Shown: piece by piece, positions 15,739 to 20,970 of the stretch
How positions within the stretch are numbered: position 1 is the first letter of the stretch
Layout of the letters: each line of letters starts with the position of its first letter
From: Myxococcota bacterium
GTDB taxonomy: Bacteria; Myxococcota; JACRCW01
Assembly (NCBI GenBank): GCA_040752415.1
Contig: JBFMGU010000187.1
Location: 1-20,970, forward strand
Direction: 5' to 3'
DNA length: 20,970 nucleotides
The notes under the pieces: model-generated
Told to the model about the DNA's origin: nothing
The model's input: only the letters and a program-made list of their open reading frames with translations
The model's database searches: none
Position numbers and translations under genes: made by a program

Positions 15739-17019
15739 TCAGGCCTCGCGGTAGGTAACCTGCACTCCGCCCAGGGAGACCACGTCGCCGTCCCTGAGTG
15801 AGTGCACCGGGGTGGGCTTGCCGGCAACCTGCGGGAAGCGACGGTCGCCCACCGCGGTCACCATCCAGCCCGTGGGCGTGGCGGCGAACAGCAGGTAGCC
15901 GGTGGGGGCGTAGTTGAGCCCGTCGGGGGGGCCGCCTTCCGAGCCGTCCTCCGCCACGTACGCCCAGTCCTTCTTGAGCTTCACGGTGCGGGTGGCCCCG
16001 TCGCTGTGCGAGACCTCCAGCGAGGCCTCCGGCAGCTTCACCGCCGGGCTCTTGGTGCCGGTGGTCTGCAGACCGGTGGGCGGACGCAGCGGCGGAGGCG
16101 CCTTGGTTGGGATGGGCGCCTTGGGCGCCGGGCCCTTCCCCGGCGGCAGCGGCGGGGGCTGGGAGACACCCACGGTCTCGCCGGCCTCGTCGCCCTCCTG
16201 CCAGTCCACGCTGCCCGGGCCTTCCAGCTCCTCCTTGGCGGCGGCGCCCTTCTCCGCGCCCTGCGGGCCAAACGCCAGGCGGTTCTCGTGGGTGACCTGC
16301 ACCTCGAAGTCACCGCCCATGTCCGCGGCCGCCGCCAGCTTGCTCTTGTCCAGCAGCATGGTGCGGTTGCCGGGCTTGTGGGCGTGGGGAGCGTCGGCCT
16401 CCGCGCTCGCCGACTCACTCTGCTCCAGGTAGCTGACGCGGATGGTGTACTCGCTGACGCGGATCTCGTCGTCGGGGCCCACCGGCGTCAGCCCGCGGAT
16501 CTTCTCCCCGTTGACGCGCGTGCCGTTCTGGCTGCCCAGATCCTCGGCAAAGAACTTGCCATCCTTCAGGACCACGCGCAGATGACGGCGGGAGATGGAC
16601 TTGCGACCGATGGAGATGTCGCAGTCCGGGCTGCGACCGATGACGATCTCCTCTCCCACCATGGCGAAGCGGTGGCTGCCTTCCGGGCCGGTCAGGGTCA
16701 GCACCGGCGTGGAGGTCTTGGCCTCTTCCACGCCCTCCAGGCGGAGCTGGAACTTGCCGCCCAGGCTGATGATGTCGCCGCCCTGGATGGGACGGGCGCC
16801 TTCCAGGCGTTCCCCGTTGATGAACGTGCCGTTCTGGCTCCCCAGGTCCCGGATCCAGATGGACGCACCGCGCACCTCCAGCTGCGCATGGCGACGGGAC
16901 AGCGCCCGGTTTTCCAGCCTGAGATCATTGGCCTCATCCCGGCCAATGGACATGCTGGGTCCCCTCAATTCGGTGCGGAGAACCTGCTCACCCTTCTCTT
17001 CAACGACGACGAACGCCAC
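15739..17019 (-). CDS. Multi-FHA domain protein (two canonical FHA, Pro-rich linker, degenerate C-terminal FHA-like domain), ~426 aa
   Basis: IGR...LSRRHA...DLGSQNGTFING and IGR...ISRRHL...DLGSQNGTRVNG, with a C-terminal LRDGDVVSLGG. AGGAGA SD before GTG 17019. The longer 17781 start overlaps a plus-strand gene. Confidence 0.9.
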   Translation of the reverse strand: MAFVVVEEKGEQVLRTELRGPSMSIGRDEANDLRLENRALSRRHAQLEVRGASIWIRDLGSQNGTFINGERLEGARPIQGGDIISLGGKFQLRLEGVEEAKTSTPVLTLTGPEGSHRFAMVGEEIVIGRSPDCDISIGRKSISRRHLRVVLKDGKFFAEDLGSQNGTRVNGEKIRGLTPVGPDDEIRVSEYTIRVSYLEQSESASAEADAPHAHKPGNRTMLLDKSKLAAAADMGGDFEVQVTHENRLAFGPQGAEKGAAAKEELEGPGSVDWQEGDEAGETVGVSQPPPLPPGKGPAPKAPIPTKAPPPLRPPTGLQTTGTKSPAVKLPEASLEVSHSDGATRTVKLKKDWAYVAEDGSEGGPPDGLNYAPTGYLLFAATPTGWMVTAVGDRRFPQVAGKPTPVHSLRDGDVVSLGGVQVTYREA

Positions 17020-17163
17020 CGCTGCGCTCTCCTGTGACCGTTCTCGGCGTGGGCCGGAGGCCAAACCTAACCGCGATTCCCTACCAAAGTCCAAAGCACG
17101 GACACCGTCATCTTTCCGGTGCCCGCCCCAGGCGGGAAAACCGCTAGAGTTGCGCGCGCACCC

Positions 17164-17784
17164 ATGAAGCTGCTTTCCGCGCTCCTCGTCGTGGTCCTGG
17201 CTCCGCTCCTGGCGGCCCAGGAACCGGAGGCTCCCCCCGCGGAGGCCCCGGCGCGTACAGTCCAGCTTCACATCGGCATGTTCGAGGGCGACACGCCCAG
17301 CGCACGCAACCTGGCGCCGGAGGTGGCACGTCACGCCGCGCGGCTGGCGCGCACCCGTCCCACGCTCAAGGTCACGGAGGACGCCACCGGCAGCCAGGCG
17401 GACCCGGAGCTGCTGCGCCACGAGGGCGCGCTGCTGGTGTGCATGAACCCCTGGTCCAGCAAGCGCGAGGTGCTGGCGTGCATCAAGGGGCTCACCTTCC
17501 CGCCCGCGTTGGAGGCTCCGCCGACGGGCACGCAGTTCCTGCTGCGCGGCAACGTCCGTCCCGGCGACGGCGGAACCTACATCACGGCCACGCTGGCGCC
17601 CATGGTCGACGGGGAACCCGGCCCGCTGCTGTCCAGTCGGACAGTGCTGATTCCCACGCGCGCCGGCCGCAACAAGCGCGACAAGCTGCTGGCGGAAGTG
17701 TTCAACCCGCTGCTGGACGCGGTGGAGGGCAAGCCCATTGCGCCCGCGCCGCCGCCACCCAAGAGGTCCAAATGGGGGCACTGA
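17164..17784 (+). CDS. Hypothetical secreted protein (~206 aa), paralog A
   Basis: Signal peptide MKLLSALLVVVLAPLLAAQE and GC3 bias. Shares a CxNPxxxKxxVLxC motif with the next gene. Confidence 0.75.
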   Translation: MKLLSALLVVVLAPLLAAQEPEAPPAEAPARTVQLHIGMFEGDTPSARNLAPEVARHAARLARTRPTLKVTEDATGSQADPELLRHEGALLVCMNPWSSKREVLACIKGLTFPPALEAPPTGTQFLLRGNVRPGDGGTYITATLAPMVDGEPGPLLSSRTVLIPTRAGRNKRDKLLAEVFNPLLDAVEGKPIAPAPPPPKRSKWGH

Positions 17785-18323
17785 TGGTGGTGCTCCTGTG
17801 CCAGTCGGTGATGGCGCAGGAGGACAAGCCGCTGGCGCTGGTGGAGGTCAGCAGCGTGGAAGGCGACGAGGCGGCCACGCCCAGGGAGATGGTGCAGGTG
17901 GAGGACGCCATCGCCATCGCCTACACCAACGACCTCATCCGCGTGGAGACCAAGCGCCAGCGCATCGCCCGGATTCCCTACAGCATCTACATGCACGCGC
18001 AGGAGCTGAACGCGTGCGCCAACCCCACCTGGCCCAAGCAGCGCGTGCTCAACTGCGTGGACAGTCTCAAGTGGCCCAATCCCATGCCCAAACAGCCGCG
18101 CCTCTCGCGCATCACGCACACGCTGCGGATTGCCCGACAGAAGAGCAAGGAAGGCGAGACGCTGGCGGTGAGCTTCTCCGCGGTGGGCACCGGCGAGGAG
18201 GAGACGGTGGTGCGTCGGACGCTGCCCAAGGACGCCACGCAGGAGGAGCGCAAGGCAGCGGCGCTGGAGATGGCGGCGGAAGTGCTGGCACCGTTGCGCG
18301 GCGTGGCTCCGCGCCCGCGGTGA
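17772..18323 (+). CDS. Hypothetical secreted protein (~183 aa), paralog B
   Basis: AAGAGG SD before ATG 17772; ATG 17784 in a TGATG overlap is an alternative start. Hydrophobic N-terminus ending VMA|QE and the shared motif with the upstream gene. Confidence 0.75.
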   Translation: MGALMVVLLCQSVMAQEDKPLALVEVSSVEGDEAATPREMVQVEDAIAIAYTNDLIRVETKRQRIARIPYSIYMHAQELNACANPTWPKQRVLNCVDSLKWPNPMPKQPRLSRITHTLRIARQKSKEGETLAVSFSAVGTGEEETVVRRTLPKDATQEERKAAALEMAAEVLAPLRGVAPRPR

Positions 18324-18324
18324 C

Positions 18325-19626
18325 TCATCCCTCACGCTGGGGCTCACCCTCCGCCGGAATGGACTCGGGGGCCAGCTTCTCGACGTGGATACGGCACACC
18401 CGCTTCTCGTCCGCCTCCTTCACCACGAACTGCAGGTCCTGGAAGCGCAGCTTGCTGCCCACGCCTGGCAGCCGCCCCAGCGTGGCGATCATGAAGCCAC
18501 CCACCGTCTCATAGCCACCGTTGCTGGGCAGCTCCACGTGCAGCGCCTCCGACGCCACCGCCACCGGCGTGCGACCATCCATCACCCACTTGCCGGGAGA
18601 CAGCTCGCGGATGCTCATCTCCTGCACGTCGTCCTCGTCGCGCACGTCCCCCACGATCTCCTCGACCACATCCTGCAGCGTCACCACCCCGCTGGTGGTG
18701 CCGAACTCGTCGACCACCAGGGCCATGTGCGTGCGTCGACGCTGGAACTCGCGCAGCAGGTCGCTGACGCGCATGACTTCCGGGATGAAGTACGGGCGGC
18801 GCATGGCCTGTCGCACGTTGAGGGTTTCGCGCGTGGTCATGGCGTGCAGCACGTCGGTCATGAAGAGCACGCCCACAACGGTGTCCAGGCTCCCCTGGTA
18901 GATGGGGATGCGCTCGTGGCCGGTGTCGGCGAAGAGGCGCTGCACCTCGTCCAGCGGCGTGTCCACGTCCAGCGCCACGATGCGCGCGCGCGGAATCATG
19001 ACCTCCTTCACCACGGTGTCCTGGAAGGTGAGGAGGCTCTGCAGCAGCTGCTGGTCGGGGTCGGGGGGTTGGCCGGCCTGGGGTGCCAGGCCCCAGAGGC
19101 GCGCCAGGTCATCCTCGGTGAGGAAGGGGCCGGCTTTCTCCGCTTGCGGGTCGCCGTGGGAGAGCGTGCGCGCCACCCGACGGGTGATGAGCTCCAGCAA
19201 CGCGCTGAACGGCCACAAGAGGATGTCCACGGGCGTGAAGAGCAGCGCCGCGGTGCTGGCCACCCTCTCCGCGCGGTGCTTGGCCCACGTGGATAGCAGC
19301 ACCTCCCCCACGACAATCTGGATGAGCGGTGCGGTGAGGGCTCCCGCCAGCATGGACCCCGGCCCCAGCAGCCACTCCGCCTGCAGCGCCATGAGCCACG
19401 CGGCCAGCGCGGTGAGCCCGATGCGCGCGGTGAGGATGGAGAGCAGCAGGCGGAGCGGCGCGTCCAGCCACCGACGCAGGGCGCGACCGGCCTTGCCCCC
19501 GTCAATCATCTCCCGCACGCGCTCCTGTCCCAGCGCACGCAGGGAGATCTGCGCCACGCCCGCGGTGAGCGCCGCGGCCAGGCACAACAAGGAGCAGACC
19601 ACGCCCAGGCCCGACGCCGGGTTCAC
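18325..19626 (-). CDS. Hemolysin-family HlyC/CorC (CNNM/DUF21 + CBS pair + CorC_HlyC) membrane protein
   Basis: N-terminal TM helices (IVVGEVL), VKEVMIPRARIVAL, GHERIPIY, FIPEVMRVSDLLREFQRRRTHMALVVDEFGTTSGVVTLQDVVEEIVG and YETVGGF. Confidence 0.92.
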   Translation of the reverse strand: MNPASGLGVVCSLLCLAAALTAGVAQISLRALGQERVREMIDGGKAGRALRRWLDAPLRLLLSILTARIGLTALAAWLMALQAEWLLGPGSMLAGALTAPLIQIVVGEVLLSTWAKHRAERVASTAALLFTPVDILLWPFSALLELITRRVARTLSHGDPQAEKAGPFLTEDDLARLWGLAPQAGQPPDPDQQLLQSLLTFQDTVVKEVMIPRARIVALDVDTPLDEVQRLFADTGHERIPIYQGSLDTVVGVLFMTDVLHAMTTRETLNVRQAMRRPYFIPEVMRVSDLLREFQRRRTHMALVVDEFGTTSGVVTLQDVVEEIVGDVRDEDDVQEMSIRELSPGKWVMDGRTPVAVASEALHVELPSNGGYETVGGFMIATLGRLPGVGSKLRFQDLQFVVKEADEKRVCRIHVEKLAPESIPAEGEPQREG

Positions 19627-19638
19627 GTTGGATTCCCT

Positions 19639-20316
19639 TCAGCGCTGCGGCCGGCCAAAGGTGCCGCCGGGGCCGCCGTCCTCGCCGGGGCGCGTGTAGA
19701 CGCGATTGCCCAGGAGGAGGTCGCGTTCCCGGGTGGAAAGGCCAGCGTAGGCCGCCTGCACCTGCGCGAGCGCGGCACGTGCCTCCTCCAGGTCCTTCTC
19801 CGCCTTGGGAACGGTGGCGGCGTCGCCCATGCGTCCGTGGACCATGTCCTCGAAGCGCGCGGTGGTGAGCGCCTGTTCCGCGGAGGCCACGCGCTGCTGC
19901 GCGGCCGCAAGCTCCTGGGTCAGGCGCTTCTGCTCCTCGCGCAGGCTGTCCCACTGGAAGCGGAACTCGTCGGACATCTGCTTGTACGCGTCCAGGTCAT
20001 TGCCCACGATCTGGAAACCCATCCACTCCTTGGCCTCCGCGCGATTCTTCAGCGTGGGCGGGCGGATGAGGGCCAGCGGCGGCCAGTTCCCCGCCTCCTT
20101 CAGCTCGCGGATCTGCTTGGGGGTGTACTTGGTGCGTGCTTCCTCCTCGATGAGCTCGAGGTAGCGGGTGCGCACGTCCGCCGGGAGGTCCCAGAGGTTG
20201 TCGGTGACGCGGACCTGACCTTTCTCGTCGGTCCACTGGTAGATGCGGCCCGCCAGCGCCACTGCCGGCACCAGCAGCAGCGCCCACAGGACCAGGCCGG
20301 CCAAGCCTCGACGCAT
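19639..20316 (-). CDS. DUF4124-like secreted protein with coiled-coil (~225 aa)
   Basis: Signal peptide ending ALA|G, followed by IYQWTDEKGQVRVTD. Heptad-rich C-terminal half. TGATG coupling to the upstream GAF gene. Confidence 0.78.
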   Translation of the reverse strand: MRRGLAGLVLWALLLVPAVALAGRIYQWTDEKGQVRVTDNLWDLPADVRTRYLELIEEEARTKYTPKQIRELKEAGNWPPLALIRPPTLKNRAEAKEWMGFQIVGNDLDAYKQMSDEFRFQWDSLREEQKRLTQELAAAQQRVASAEQALTTARFEDMVHGRMGDAATVPKAEKDLEEARAALAQVQAAYAGLSTRERDLLLGNRVYTRPGEDGGPGGTFGRPQR

Positions 20317-20970
20317 CAACCCTCCAAGGCAGCCAACAGCTGCGCGCCCTCGGTGGCAATGTAGTTCAACACGTCGACTTCCTGGTGGCTGTACGTATTC
20401 CCGCCGACGCGATTGATGAGCTGGATGGCGCCCCACAGCCGCCCGTCGCGGTACAGCGGCGCGCAGATCATGTTGCGACAGTCGTAGCCGATCTTCTCCG
20501 AGATGCTCTGGGCGAAGCGCGGGTCCTTGTGCACGTCGGAGATGGCCAGCGAGACGCCTTCCTGCGCGCAGAACCCCACGATGCCCTGGCCCACCGGCAC
20601 GGTGATGCCGGACTTCAGGATCTGCTGCGCCTTGGGGCCACGCACCGCGGCAAACTGCAGGTCCGAGCCGCTGAGGTCCGCGATGTAGAACGTGCCAGCG
20701 TCGCTCTTGACGTAGTTGAGCGCCTGGTCGAGCAGGAAGCTGGCCACGCGCTCCCGCGTGAGGTCCGCGGCGTACAGGTCCTGCATCTTCTCGAACAGCT
20801 CCGCGAGCACGTCCTCCACCTGGAACGGCGCGGGCTGCGTGGTGCTCCGTCCAATGGGCGCGGGCGGGCGCTCCTTGGTCTCGGTGCGCTGCACCGGCGC
20901 GGGGGCGGTGGAGAACTGACCGGTGACCTTGCGCTTGGCGGCCACGTCCTTGGCTGCGGCCGCCGCCGCC
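20316..20970 (-). CDS. GAF domain-containing protein (C-terminal part; 5'-truncated by the window edge)
   Basis: The frame is open to the edge. GAF motifs LQFAAVRGP, VPVGQGIVGFCAQEG, SDVHKDPRF, NMICAPL and GAIQLINR. Confidence 0.88.
   Translation of the reverse strand, partial: AAAAAAKDVAAKRKVTGQFSTAPAPVQRTETKERPPAPIGRSTTQPAPFQVEDVLAELFEKMQDLYAADLTRERVASFLLDQALNYVKSDAGTFYIADLSGSDLQFAAVRGPKAQQILKSGITVPVGQGIVGFCAQEGVSLAISDVHKDPRFAQSISEKIGYDCRNMICAPLYRDGRLWGAIQLINRVGGNTYSHQEVDVLNYIATEGAQLLAALEG

Noticed and set aside
17020..17781. N-terminal 254-aa extension of the FHA ORF
   Set aside because: It overlaps the plus-strand secreted gene. A good SD and GTG at 17019 directly precede the first FHA domain.

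Overview
High-GC bacterial chromosomal segment, most likely Myxococcota. The assignment is inferred from the lipoprotein metzincin, multi-FHA, GAF and TPR proteins and the Pro-rich linkers. Housekeeping genes (panC, tyrS, a PpiD-type chaperone and a CNNM/CBS hemolysin-family gene) are interleaved with accessory genes. Two loci stand out. (1) A stand-alone, divergent tubulin/FtsZ-superfamily GTPase (10930-12762, minus). It has a tubulin/TubZ/CetZ-type GQAGG T1 loop, a GGGTGS signature and an SFDGED T7 loop, and is fused through a poly-proline linker to a C-terminal HEAT-like domain. It sits outside any dcw cluster and outside any visible plasmid or phage context. (2) A compact MNIO RiPP operon (7249-9103): a signal-peptide precursor with three EKSCGG repeats, then a hairpin, a DUF692 enzyme and a DUF2063 partner. 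It resembles oxazolin/bufferin metal-binding RiPPs and is transcribed divergently from two secreted Zn-metallopeptidases. Other features are a 67-bp inverted-repeat REPIN-like element (549-776), a CRP/MrpC-type palindrome (5661-5682), a tandem pair of unannotated paralogous secreted CX12C proteins, and a probable near-leaderless panC with a Lys/Ala/Pro extension. All calls come from motif reading only; no searches were run.
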